DNA of 63,031 bases, counting the filler, from Pirum gemmata (lineage: Eukaryota): NCBI GenBank assembly GCA_002812295.1. It is 28 parts of 28 records of this genome, joined end to end, with 100 filler letters (N's around TTAATTAATTAA, not from the genome) between each part and the next. Parts side by side here need not be neighbours in the genome. Positions count along the whole stretch, not along the records: positions 23,057 to 24,991 come from PDIN01009313.1; positions 25,092 to 27,063 come from PDIN01009314.1; positions 27,164 to 29,118 come from PDIN01009315.1; positions 29,219 to 32,698 come from PDIN01009316.1; positions 32,799 to 34,797 come from PDIN01009317.1; positions 34,898 to 36,898 come from PDIN01009318.1; positions 36,999 to 39,016 come from PDIN01009319.1; 21 more parts are not named here. One strand, given 5' to 3'. This document shows, one piece after another, positions 24,662-38,384 of this stretch; position 1 is the stretch's first letter; each line of letters starts with the position of its first letter. The notes under the pieces are model-generated. The model did no database searches and was not told the origin of the DNA. It was given only the letters and a program-made list of their open reading frames with translations. The position numbers were made by a program, and so were the translations under genes.

Positions 24662-26066
24662 CTTATCGCTACTTACTTTTAGACTACATTGTTGCAGTAT
24701 TGTTGCTCAAAAACAAAATTAATACCAATACTAATACTACTAATTATAAATTATAATACTTAGAACAATCAAGGTCAACATACTAATACTAATACTAATA
24801 CTAATAATAATGTGGATTACTCAAAAAAAATTTATTGAGCAATATCTCAGTAACAATAACTTATTGAGCAATATCTCAGTAACAATAACAATAACAATAA
24901 TATTATATACAAATAACAATAACAAAAACAATAACAATAACAATAACAATAACATGTGTACAATAATAATAATAATAATAATAATAATAATNNNNNNNNN
25001 NNNNNNNNNNNNNNNNNNNNNNNNNNNNNNNNNNNTTAATTAATTAANNNNNNNNNNNNNNNNNNNNNNNNNNNNNNNNNNNNNNNNNNNNAAATATATA
25101 ATAAAATATACCAAATTAAATAAAATGGATTTATATTGTAATAATTTGGTATCATTTATTGTTAGTTTAGACCTGTTTAGACTACAGGTTTAGACTATCA
25201 TAATATTAGTTATCTCACAGTCTCACTTGGGCCAAGGCCATGGTCACTGGTCAGAGTCAGGGTCAGGATTTGGTTTTAGGGTTCTCTAGCATGATAAGAG
25301 TTATTATGAGTTTGGTTTTGGTTTTGGTTTTGGTTTTTTGGTTATGGTTTTGGTTTTGGTTTTTTGGTTTTGGTTTTGGTTTTTTGGTTTTGGTTTTGGT
25401 TTTGGTTTTGGTTTTGGTTTTGGTTTTGGTTTTGGTTTTGGTTTTGGTACTAACCCTTTTGATAACCCTATCATAAAAGTTAAAATTCAAATTTTTTTTT
25501 AAAAAAAATTCAAATCACTGAAAATCAAGAGTTACGATAGTTGTTACGATAGACATTGATGGTTGAACCATAAATTTAAAATTCTATCCAAATGTGGTGT
25601 TTTAGTCTCTAAAGATTTTAATCTCCAATCGTTTTTCAATCTCAAATCTTTTTCATCCAATCTGTGTGCAACATTACGGTTTTCTGGAGCAAAAAAGGTA
25701 GGGCACTAGGAATGCACTAGGGCTAGCTACTAGAGGGTCAGGACTCAGGAGACCTGTCAGGAGTCAGGGGTCTACCAGACTCTAGCTAGGTTCGGGGGTA
25801 TGTCGGTTAGGGTTAGGGTCTAGCTAGGGTTAGGGTCTAGCTAGGGTTAGGGTTAGGGTTAAGCTGTCTAGCTAGTACGATAGGGGTTAGGGTTAGGGTC
25901 TAGTAGCTAGCTAGTCTAGGGCTTACAGGGTTATGATATTTTTATAATTAGGTTAGGGTGGCAGTAGTAGTATTAGTAGTATTAGTTATATTTTAATATT
26001 AGAAGCGTAGTAGTATTAGTAATAGTTTAGTAATATTAATTGGTAGGAGTAGTACCAGTAGTATTT

Positions 26067-26267
26067 AAAACTCGAATTTCTACTGTCAAAAAAAAGCTAA
26101 AATTCAGCTCTGTTCGAAAATTATTTTTCCCATTTCTTTTCGGGTTTATAAATAAATAAATATATTTTAATTAATACTTAATTGTAAGCTCAAAATTTCG
26201 AACTTATTTAATTAATAAATAGGCTTGAAAATTCGATTTTTTAAAAAGAGCAGAATTGGGAGAAGCC
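26067..26267. mobile_element. TA-flanked MITE with GGC termini (family D), partial
   Basis: Ends AGCAGAATTGGGAGAAGCC|TA. Homologs at ~28322-28495, 28744-28905, ~37875-38073, 43459-43670, 43934-44110, ~45204-45329 and ~62945-63031; several begin TA|GGCTTYT. Confidence 0.75.
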
Positions 26268-26328
26268 TAGTAGTAATAGTAGTAGTATACGTAGTAGTAA
26301 TAGTAGTGATAATAGTAATGGTGGTAGN

Positions 26329-26368
<40 letters not shown>

Positions 26369-26599
26369 ATAGTAGTAGTAGTAGTAGTAATAGTAGCTAT
26401 AGCTATAGTAATAGTAATAGTAGTAGTAGTTCAATAGTAGTAGTAGTAGTATTAATAGTAGTAGTAGTAGTAGTAGTATAAAATAGTAGTATTATTAATA
26501 ATAGTAGTAGTAATAGATAGTAGTAGTAGTAGTAAGTAGTAGTAATAGTAGTAGTAGTAGTAAGTAGTAGTTGTAGTAGTAGTAGTAGTAGTAGTAGTA

Positions 26600-26784
26600 T
26601 CGTGTTTTTCATTTATTTTGTCACTCCGAATATTTATTTGGTTGGTTATAATATTTACATTGACATTTTTAAATGTACAAATAAATGTTAAAATATACCA
26701 AATTAAATTAAATGGATTTATATTATATTAATTTGGTACTATTTATTCTATATTTTATGATGACAAAACAACTGAAAAGCACGA
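26600..26784. mobile_element. Full-length 185-bp TA-flanked MITE (family A), Tc1/mariner-like
   Basis: TA|TCGTGTTTTTCATTTATTTTGTCA ... TGACAAAACAACTGAAAAGCACGA|TA, inserted in a (TAG)n microsatellite. Confidence 0.85.
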
Positions 26785-27418
26785 TAGTAGTAGTATTAAT
26801 AGTAGTAGTATAAAACAGTAGTAATAGAAGAAGTAGTAGTAGTAGCAGCAGTAGTAGCAGTAGTAGTAGCAGCAGTAGCAGTAGTACTAGTAATAGTAAT
26901 AGTAATAGTAATAGTAATGATAATAATAGTAGTAGTAACAGTAGTAGTAGTAGTAGCTATATATAGTGCTAGTAGTAGCTATATATAGTAGTAGTTATAT
27001 ATATAGTACTACTACTACTATCTACTACTACTACTACGTTTATATAATAATAATAACAATAATNNNNNNNNNNNNNNNNNNNNNNNNNNNNNNNNNNNNN
27101 NNNNNNNTTAATTAATTAANNNNNNNNNNNNNNNNNNNNNNNNNNNNNNNNNNNNNNNNNNNNAATGGATTTATATTGTATTAATTTGGTACTATTTATT
27201 GTATACTTTATAATGACAAAACAAATGAAAAGCACTATAATAATAATTCTTTTAATTAAAAGACTATTATGTTGTTTTATTGTTTTATTGTTTGATTGTT
27301 TGATTGTTTGATTGTTTGATTGATTTGTTGTTTTATTGTTTTATTGTTTTATTGTTTTATTGTTTTATTAATATTGTTTTATTGTTTTATTGTTTTGTTG
27401 TTTTATTGTTTTGTTGTT

Positions 27419-27465
<47 letters not shown>

Positions 27466-27483
27466 GNNNNNNNNNNNNNNNNN

Positions 27484-27534
<51 letters not shown>

Positions 27535-27551
27535 CGTCGTCGTCGTCGTCG

Positions 27552-27589
<38 letters not shown>

Positions 27590-29889
27590 ATGGACTTATT
27601 ATTATGTTGTTAATATAAAAGCAAAAATATTTACACCTCCTTCCCCCTTCTACTTTTATTGTTTTATTGTTTTATTGTTTTATTGTTTTGTTATTTTATT
27701 GTTTTATTGTCTTATTGTTTTATTGTTTTATATATTGTTCCCTTTGACCATGTTGTGGTGCGTCAAAGACCCCAGGAGGGGTCCAGGGAGGGGGTCTTTG
27801 GGTAATAATCAACCCCATTCCCAAAGACCAAAGACCCCATTCCCAAAGACCCAAAGAATCAAAGATCTCTTGAGCTTTCCGAATATTTATTTGGTTGGTT
27901 ATAATTTTTTAATTGACATTGTTAAATAAATAAATAAATAATAAAATATACCAAATTAAAGGAAATGGATCTATATTGAATTAATTTGGTACAATTTATT
28001 GTATATTTTAATGATGACAAAACAACTGAAAAGCACTTACGAATTTATGATAGACTAACCAACTACTAACCAAAGCTTGGGTAAAAATGTCTCAGAAAAA
28101 TGTCTATATCCGCTCAAAAATCAAAAAAATCTCAAAACAATCCAATAATAATAAAAGTGCTACCAAATTTTAAGAAAATATTTAACTAATAAAACTCTAT
28201 TATGAACCAATGGCTAGTTTTTAAAAATAATTTGGCTAGTTATTAGTATTTTAAAAAAAGTTTTTAGAGAAAAAAAAAAAAAAGGTGCTTTTTTAAAAAG
28301 GTTGGTGCTTTAGCCTTTTATGGCGAGCCCGAAAACTCGAATTTCTGCTGTCGCCAAAAAAAAAAAAACCAAAATTCAGCCCTGTTCGAATATTATTTTT
28401 GAATTTTTCGGGTTTATAAATAAATAAATATACTCGAAAACTTAACTTCAAGCTTAAAATTTTCGAACTTATTTAGGAAACTCGATTTTTTAAAACAAAG
28501 GGAACGTTCAAATACTAAGTTACGTAACGCCAATTTCCCGTCAAATACAGCTTCAAATACCCTACCTACCTACTCCTCGAAATTTAATTTCCGGTCAAAT
28601 GCCACCTATCTACCTACCCCTTGACGTGACGTATTATTGGAGTTACAAAATCCTTATGATAAATCTAAATAAAGTAACTAATAACAACCAATAAAATTTA
28701 AAATTATTAGGAGATCGATCAGACTCGATCTTACCTTCCAATAGGCTTTTCTCAATTCTGCTTTTTTTAAAAAATCGAGTTTTCAAGCCTATTTATTAAT
28801 TAAATAAGTTCGAAATTTTTTAACTTACAATTAAGTATTCAAATATATTTATTTATTAAAAAACTCGAAAAATATGAAAAAAAAGTTTTTCGAACGGAGC
28901 TAAAACATGCTTGATAGTTTAACCATAATAATAGATAATGATTTGATGATACGTTTATTTCAGTTTTTTGAACTGGACACTAAGTCACATGACTCACAAC
29001 ACTACTAAAATACCTAACCCTAACCCTAACCCTAACCCTAACCCTAACCCTAACCCTAACCCTAACTAAACTAAGAACCCTAACCCTAACCCTAACAACC
29101 CTAACCCTAACCCTAACCNNNNNNNNNNNNNNNNNNNNNNNNNNNNNNNNNNNNNNNNNNNNTTAATTAATTAANNNNNNNNNNNNNNNNNNNNNNNNNN
29201 NNNNNNNNNNNNNNNNNNCCAGCATTTGTAAAGCTAATGATATTTTTGTTTTTTGAAAATTCTATTATTATTATTATTATTATTATTGAGGTCAAGTGAT
29301 ATTGAATATCGTGGCTATTTACCCCAACCTGCCTTATCTGAGTTGCATTAGCGCGTTTCGTTTGCTCAATCACAATGCTGAAATCTCTTGGGAAAGTGGG
29401 CCAGGTTGTTATCCCTTGATTATTTTTTATTTGTATTTACCTTATGTTATGTTTTTGTTATTTTTTTTTTATTTTTTTATTTTGTGTTTCGTGTATTTTG
29501 TTTTGAACCCTATTTTTCTGTTCTTTTTTATTTTTATTGACATATTTATTCATCCTAGCGTTAGCATCACCGTTTGTAATTTTTTTTTACGTATATGTAT
29601 ATGTATAGTGGACTGGTGAAAAAATAGGAACTTACGAGGCTACTACTATTGATGAAGATTTTGTCGAATTAGAGCGGGTATTTGTTGTGTTATAGATAAA
29701 AAAATTCAGTGTGTGCATTTGTACATATATCACTATTACTACCATTATATTTATCATAATCTTTATCACATCCATTACCGTTATCTTTGCCATTACTATC
29801 ACTATTATTAGTATTACTATCAGTTTGAAGATCATATTATACTATCACTATCACTATATCATCAGTCCACAATCTCATTTTCATTATCT

Positions 29890-29920
<31 letters not shown>

Positions 29921-30009
29921 CATTTATTATCATTATCATTATCTTTATCTTTATCTTTATCATTATTATTATCTTTATCTTTATCATTATCATTATCATT
30001 ATCATTATC

Positions 30010-30095
<86 letters not shown>

Positions 30096-30255
30096 CGCTA
30101 TCATTATTGTTATTATTATGATCTTTATCACATCCATTACCGTTATCTCCACCATTACTAGCTAGTATTATTATTAGTATTACTATCAGTTTGAATATCA
30201 TACTATACTATCACTATCACTATATAATCAGTCCACAATCTCATTTTCATTATCT

Positions 30256-30286
<31 letters not shown>

Positions 30287-30341
30287 CATTATCATTATCA
30301 TTATCATTATCATTATCATTATCATTATCATTATCATTAAC

Positions 30342-30373
<32 letters not shown>

Positions 30374-31407
30374 CATTATTATCATTATTATCATTTATTA
30401 TATTTCTATGATATTATTCTTTTATTTAACTTTTATATGTATTGATAATATGAATTTATAGTTAAATTATTATATTATATATCAATTAATTAACTTTAAT
30501 TGTGAATTTTGAATTAAATTAATAATTAAATTAAACAATAATAATATATTTTGTGATTTGTGTTTGTAAAAGCAAAATAAATCTTTTTTTTAAATAACCT
30601 GTGGTTATCTTAATTGTTATCACAAAGTTTGGTTTTATATTTTATTTGTTGCCACTAATAGATAATAATTGATATATTGTGGTTATTATTTTATTTATTA
30701 TTTTCATACTTTTTGAAATAAGATATGTTGATTGATATTTTAAATCTACTAAATAGAATTATTATATTATAATAATTTAATAATTTATTAATGTTGTTTA
30801 TTGTTGGATAATTTGGATAATTATTTTTGATTTTATCGATTATTTAATATATACGATTATTATAACCACGAACTTAACCATAGTTAGATTTAGAAAAAAT
30901 ATTTATGTTGATTGATAAATAATATTCCTGCTTTATAATGGTAAAGATTAACTATTATAATTATTGGTTGATTTGAATTTTACAATCGATGGTATCAATT
31001 CAAATATTGAAATCTTTTGTAAATTATGCTACTATTGATTACTTTGACTGAATTGATGGTTTATAATCTAATAATTAAAAATCGTTATTTATAATATTAA
31101 TTATTATTATAGGTTGATTAGGATTAATTTCATTCTTTCTATTTTTTAGAATATTCATTTTTTTTTTATAGCTATTATTGATATTAGCTAGATGAATAGA
31201 TGAAAAATTAAAAAAAAAAACAATTTTTTTTTTTTTTTTNNNNNNNNNNNNNNNNNNNNNNNNNNNNNNNNNNNNNNNNNNNNNNNNNNNNNNNNNNNNN
31301 NNNNNNNNNNNNNNNNNNNNNNNNNNNNNNNNNNNNNNNNNNNNNNNNNNNNNNNNNNNNNNNNNNNNNNNNNNNNNNNNNNNNNNNNNNNNNNNNAGAA
31401 AGAATGT

Positions 31408-31444
<37 letters not shown>

Positions 31445-31946
31445 GTCAGAACTACCTAGTTCAACACCACAATATACAAGTTTAGAACAAAAACTAAGAC
31501 AAACAATGTATTGCAAATGGTGCAACAAATACCAAAGTTGAAAACAATAATGAAAAATACAACAATAGTGATAATAATAACAATAACTAACTAACTATAA
31601 AAACACCAATGATAACAGAAGTAAAAACTTACATCACCCATCGTTATATTATTGTTATTGTTTTGTTTCCTGTGTTTTCTCTATAAATAAATGCAAGCTT
31701 CATTGTATATTTTTTCCATGAACTTTGATTTTCTAGTTTACTTTATATTTCCATTTTCTAAGAGCTAAAACTAAGCTTGTGAACGGTTCAGTATTATCAT
31801 AATATTCGCTCTTTACAGTGAATTAGTAATTCAATATTGTGTTATGTAATAGCTATTAATATTATTTTAAAACGATGTTGTGTTTTGATTGTTGCTTAGC
31901 TGGATATTTATTATTGTCGTTAGTGTAGTTATTATTGTGTTGCTGG

Positions 31947-32014
<68 letters not shown>

Positions 32015-32324
32015 GATAATAATTATTACTTTCCTACATCTAAATTAGCTAGATTTTGTTTTTAATTGTGTGGTTGTATTTTTTGTCTTCTTTGAAAGTG
32101 ATAGTTCTATTTTAGTTGTGTAAACTACTCATGATTTTCCCTCTTTTTTTTATTTTCAACTTGTTTGCCATTGCCTTTATACCTATTTTTTTTTTTTACA
32201 AAAACCAAAACTAAAACTTCCAACAATGCTAGCAATTAAATTTTAACCACAGTACAGCCAGTACTGGGGGGTGATGACGGTATACGCCTCCTTTAACAAA
32301 GCCCAGTCATCCCAAACCCGACCC

Positions 32325-32392
<68 letters not shown>

Positions 32393-32929
32393 GAATAAAT
32401 AGATAATAAAATATACCAAATTAAATTAAATGGATTTATTTTGTATTAATTTGGTACCCTTTATTGTGTATGACAAAACAACTGACTGAAGGGCAAGTAG
32501 GGTCTAGTTCTGGAGGGGTCTAGTCTAGTAGCTAGCTAGCTAGTCTACTAAACTAGCTAGTCTAGACTGGGGTCTAGCTATCTTAGTTTACAACGTACTG
32601 GTAGACTATGATGATGATGATCCTAACCAGCCTAACCTTATTATACTAATCCACCCTAACCCTACTAATAACCCTAACCCTAACCCTAACCCTAACCCNN
32701 NNNNNNNNNNNNNNNNNNNNNNNNNNNNNNNNNNNNNNNNNNTTAATTAATTAANNNNNNNNNNNNNNNNNNNNNNNNNNNNNNNNNNNNNNNNNNNNAA
32801 TAATAGTAATAATAGTAATAGTAATAGTAATAGGTATAATAATAAAATAAGAATAGCATCTGTGATAGCATTATTACTCCAATCGTGATAGTAATCTTAA
32901 TAGCAATAGTAATAACAACAAAAGTAACA

Positions 32930-33650
32930 GTAATAGTAATAGCAACAGTAATAGTAATAGTAATAGTAATAGTAATCATAATAGTAAGAGTAATAGTAAT
33001 AGTAATAGTAATAGTAATAGTAATGGTAATGGTAATGGTAATGGTAATGGTAATGGTTACACGGTAAAGGTAACGGTAAAAGTAAAGGGTAAAGGGCAAA
33101 CGGTAAAGGGTAAAGGGTAAAGGGCAAAGGGTAAAGGGTAAAGGGTAAAGGGCAAAGGGCAAGGTGTAAAGGTAAGGGTAAGGGTAAGGGTAAGGGTAAG
33201 GGTAAGGGTAAGGGTACGGGTAAGGGTGAGAGTAAAGGTAAGGGTAAGGGTAAGGGTAAGGGCAAGGGTAAGGGCAAGGAGGGTAAAAGTAAGGGCAAGG
33301 GTAAGGGTAAGGGTAAGGGTAAGGGTAAGGGTAAGGGTAAGGGTAAGGGTAAGGGTAAGGGTAAGGGTAAGGGTAAGGGTAAGGGTAAGGGTAAGGGTAA
33401 GGNNNNNNNNNNNNNNNNNNNNNNNNNNNNNNNNNNNNNNNNNNNNNNNNNNNNNNNNNNNNNNNNNNNNNNNNNNNNNNNNNNTAAGGGTAAGGGTAAG
33501 GGTAAGGGTAAGGGTAAGGGTAAGGGTAAGGGTAAGGGTAAGGGTAAGGGTAAGGGTAAGGGTTAGGGTTAGGGTAAGGGTAGAGGTTGGTTGGTAATAC
33601 CAATGTCAATAGGAATAGGAATAGGAATAGGAATAGGAATAGGAATAGGA
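32930..33650. repeat. Graded hexamer array (GTAATA)n > (GGTAAT)n > (GGGTAAA)n > (GGGTAA)n > TTAGGG > (GGAATA)n
   Basis: Successive repeat blocks are directly visible. Confidence 0.9.
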
Positions 33651-33674
33651 ATGACAAGAATAATCATAAAAGAC

Positions 33675-33767
33675 CTGTTTAGTTGTTTTTATTTTCCTGT
33701 CCGTGGAGTTCAGGGTTTTAACAGTTAACTCTATATCTTCATCTTCAGTATCTTTCGGTGGCCCCAT
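33675..33767 (-). CDS. Putative first exon with the start of a ubiquitin-like domain (BAG6-like)
   Basis: MGPPKDTEDEDIELTVKTLNSTDRKIKTTKQ then CAG|GT; resembles UBL strands 1-2 (LEVLVKTLDSQTRTF type). Confidence 0.45.
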
Positions 33768-33842
33768 TGTGATTAATTAATCCTATTTTACTACTACAAC
33801 CACTAATATCACTATCACTACTACTACCGGTATTGTTATTTC

Positions 33843-33894
<52 letters not shown>

Positions 33895-34941
33895 TATTAT
33901 TATTATTGTTAAAATTTTTATTATTATTATTTTAAAAAAAATGGTTTCTCGAATTTTCTCGATTTGTATAATATCGTTTATGTACTAAATCATTGATACT
34001 CATAGAGATAGTCTGTTTCGATTTTTGTTTTTTGACATTTTTTCATTTTTTCATTTTTGATTGTTTTTTGAAATTTTTATGACATCTTTTATATCAAATG
34101 ACGCTTTAAATTTTGAGGAGAGCGAATCGATTTTTTAAAATCCGCCATATGAGTTCAAAGAAAATCTTAAATTGCTCGAATTTAAATAAAAGTACTACCA
34201 AAATTTAGGAAAATATAAAAAGTAAAAACTCTATTTTGTATCAATGGCTAGTTTTTAAAAATAATTTGGCTAATATAAAATCATTTCTACAGTTTTATCC
34301 AGCTTGGCTCTCTAAGGTTTGCCTGTTAAAAAAAAGTTTTTTAAAAAACTAATATTACGTTTTTGCACCTCTGAAGACCAAATAGCCTACGTCATTTTAA
34401 TTATAAATTACATCATCTTTACGTCATCATTTAATTGATAATATTTTTTTTAACAGACAAGCCGGATAAAAATTGCATCATCCCAATGTCCAAAAAATCT
34501 CAAAAACTTCCAATTTTCAAAAAAGTACTACCAAATAATTAGACATTTTTTAAATAAAAAAACTCTATTATGAACCATTGGCCAGTTTTTAAAAATAATT
34601 TGACTATTTATTATTGAAGATTTTAGAAAAGAAGTCAAAAAATGATTTTACCTAGGATTTTTATAGTTTGTATTTTAAAAAAAATTAAAACCATCAAATA
34701 CCCCTTAGACTACCTAGACTACCTACCCCTCGACGTTAATTTCCGGTCAAATACCACCTACCTACCTACCCCTTGACGTTAGATATTATTTGATAGANNN
34801 NNNNNNNNNNNNNNNNNNNNNNNNNNNNNNNNNNNNNNNNNTTAATTAATTAANNNNNNNNNNNNNNNNNNNNNNNNNNNNNNNNNNNNNNNNNNNNAAA
34901 AAAAAAATAATATTAATAATAAATATCATAAAAGAAAAAAA

Positions 34942-35415
34942 ATGTTTACAACCATGGCTACCAAATTGTTCGCCTTACTTTTGGCCTTCCTTGCCACTTC
35001 TTTACTGCACATAACCGAAGTTGAAGCAAGCGATGTTTATACTTTCACTTATTATACTACTACAAGCGATTGCACTGGATCATATATTAGTACAACTAAC
35101 TCATTTTCCAATAGTATAACGAGTGGAAGTAGTTGTGTTTCTGATAATTCACTTTACTCTGTTGATATCACTTGGGATTCTAATAACCAAAATGGTACGG
35201 TTGGTGTTTATAATAACAGTGATTGCAGTGGAACAGCAGAGACTGAACAAGATATTTCTTTGTCTAATCTTACTAACCAGAATGACGCTACTTGTTATAA
35301 TTTAACTGCTTATAACTCTAGTTATATTGTCTATTATTATTCTGATGCGATTACTACCAGCCTTTCTTTGCTGCTAGCGTTAACTTCGCTTACTATCTCT
35401 ACTAAAGTTTTTTAA
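34942..35415 (+). CDS. Small secreted, probably GPI-anchored Ser/Thr/Cys surface protein
   Basis: Hydrophobic signal peptide ending VEA-S, four Cys, several N-x-S/T sequons, C-terminal small-residue site plus hydrophobic tail SLSLLLALTSLTISTKVF; intronless. Confidence 0.8.
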   Translation: MFTTMATKLFALLLAFLATSLLHITEVEASDVYTFTYYTTTSDCTGSYISTTNSFSNSITSGSSCVSDNSLYSVDITWDSNNQNGTVGVYNNSDCSGTAETEQDISLSNLTNQNDATCYNLTAYNSSYIVYYYSDAITTSLSLLLALTSLTISTKVF

Positions 35416-35712
35416 TAAATTAGTTGAGTTTTTTTTAAGTAAATAAATAAATAATTTAATAAATAAATAAATAATGATGATGATAATTGATATTTTTTTT
35501 TTATTATGATATGATATTAAAATTAAAAAAAAAGTTAGAAACTCAAATTTTGCGTAATATATTTTTTGTTGTTGAATAAAAAGATATGCACCGGATCACC
35601 GCCCATAGGCCCACACACATAATATATATTAGTAGTAGTAGTAGCTTAGTAGTAGTAGTAGTAGTAGTAGTAGTTGTAGTAGTAGTAGTAGTAGTAGTAT
35701 ATATAACTCATA

Positions 35713-36748
35713 TCGTGCATTTCATTTATTTTGTCACTCTGAATATTTATTTGGAGGGTTATAATCTTTAAATTGACATTTTTAAATCAATATATAGATA
35801 ATAAAAAATACCAAATTAAATTAAATGGATGTATATGGTATTAATTTGATACTGTTTATTGTATATTTTATGATGCCAAAACAAATGAAAAGCACTATAT
35901 ATATAATATAATATTATAGTGCTTGCTTTCCAGTTGTTTTTATCATCATAAAATATGCAATAAAGAGTACCAAATCAATATAATATAAATCCATTTAATT
36001 TAATTTGGTATATTTTATTATCTATATATTGATTTGAAAATGTCAACTTTAAAGGTTATAACCTACCAAATAATATTCAGAGTGACAAAATAAATGAAAA
36101 GNNNNNNNNNNNNNNNNNNNNNNNNNNNNNNNNNNNNNNNNNNNNNNNNNNNNNNNNNNNNNNNNNNNNNNNNNNNNNNNNNNNATATTTATTTGGATGG
36201 TTATAATATTTAAATTGACATTTTTAAATCAATATATAGATAATAAATTATACCAAATTAAATTAAATGGATTTATATTATATTAATTTGGTTCAATTTA
36301 TTGTATATTTTATGATGACATAATTATAACAGATACTATACCGGTAGTACCAGATTTTGCCATACAACAAAGAGAACCAAATTAATACAATATAAATCCA
36401 TTTAATTTAATTTGCTATATTTTACTATCTATTTATTCATTTAAAAATATCAATTTATAGGTTATAACCTACCAAAAAAAGGGGTGACAAAATAAATGAA
36501 AAGCATGCGCACAATAGACTAGTCTATAAATATTATGCATAGGCTATGCTAGATCTATCGTGCTTTTCAGTTGTTTTTGTCATCATAAAATATTCAATAT
36601 AATAAAGAGTACCAAATTAATACTATATAAATCCATTTCATTTAATTGGGTATATTATATTATCTGTTTATTCATTTAAAAATGTCAACTTAAATATTAT
36701 AACCAACCAAATAAATATTCGGAGTAACAAAATAAATGAAAAGCACAA
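35713..36748. mobile_element. Cluster of five family A MITE copies in mixed orientation
   Basis: Complete TA-flanked copies at 35713-35897 and 36558-36748; further copies at ~35918-36101, ~36184-36320 and ~36370-36505. Confidence 0.85.
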
Positions 36749-37333
36749 TAATATAAACATAGGTTTTTTAAACTATTTTGAAGTTCGAGGTTGGGTTTTT
36801 CCCTAACCCTACCCCTACCTACCCCTACCCCTACCTACCCCTACCCCTACCTACCCCTACCCCTACCTACCCCTAACCCTAACCCTAACCCTAACCCTNN
36901 NNNNNNNNNNNNNNNNNNNNNNNNNNNNNNNNNNNNNNNNNNTTAATTAATTAANNNNNNNNNNNNNNNNNNNNNNNNNNNNNNNNNNNNNNNNNNNNAA
37001 TAATAATAATAATAATAATAATAATACAAAGAAAAAAGATATATAATATTATGCTGTTAATTGTTAGTAAAGAACACGTGAACATGAAAATAATAAAAAA
37101 AAGACTTTTCCTTTCCATTTAATAACGAGTTTTTGACACAATGTTGCTATATATATTGGCTATAAAGAACGACAAAAAAAATTGAATAGTAGTAGACTAT
37201 CACAAAAGAGAGCTCTCAAAATTTAGATGATAAAAGAGCAAAAGGATAACGATCACGTAATTGACGAACAAGACGATTATAAACCTCAAGTTGAAGAGCT
37301 TCAAAATCTTGATGATAATAATAATAATAACAA

Positions 37334-37393
<60 letters not shown>

Positions 37394-38384
37394 CAGGAAT
37401 AGTCCAATAATTCAGGCCTATATATACATTATATAACATTATTGATACATTACTTTAATATATTTTATTATACAAGTTTCTTATTTATTCTAAAATTATT
37501 TACTTTTGATTTTTCAATCAACCATAATTAATTAATAATATAACAATTATGTAACATTGATACATTACTATATATTATTTTTTATTTATTCTGAAATTAT
37601 TTACTTTTGAATTTTTAATCAACCATAATTAATTATTTTTTATTTATTATGAAATTATTTACTTTTGAATTTTTAATCAACCAGAATTAATTATTTTTTA
37701 TTTATTCTGAAATTATTTACTTTTGAATTTTTAAACAACCATAATTATTAATTTTAAAATATTATTATAAAAATAATTGCTACTATTTAAACTTTAATAA
37801 CAACAAAACTTGTTATTATTATTCAAGATTTTGGTCTGGAAATGTGTTTGCCCTTTACCGACTTGTCTGTACAGGTTAAAAATCGAGTTTTCGTGCCTAT
37901 GCATTAATTAAATAAGTTCGAAAAATTTAAGCAAACAGTTAAGTATTCGAGTATATTTTTTTATTTATAAACCCGAAAAAATGGAAAAAAATAATTTTCG
38001 AAACAGGGCTGAATTTCGGCTTTTTTTTTTTCGACAGCAGAAATTTGGATTTTCGGGTTCGAGCAGAATTGGGACATGGGAATGTACGGATATTCATATT
38101 ATTATTATTACAAATAATAATAAATTTTAAACGCCGAAAAAAAAAATGCGCTTAAATGTTATATTAATTATTATCATTACAAATAATAATAATAAATTTA
38201 AAAATTTTACACGCCGAAAAAAAAAATGCGCTAAATGTTTTGGCCAAGTTTCACTACTCTAGCCAAGTTTCACATACTGTTTTAGACTGTTAAAAAAAAG
38301 TATAACAAGTTGATTTAGCATAATTATTTTTAGTTTTTTAATCATCATAAAAATAACAAAAAGTTTAAATTAGTACTAATAAAA

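Noticed and set aside
29219..31641. Scattered minus-strand exon candidates (ATGGGTGAT|GTAAGT at 31641, donor at ~29634, ITTWPTFPRDF segment) and an AT-rich LRR-like stretch at 30480-31075
   Set aside because: I could not assemble a phase-consistent gene model or recognise a family.
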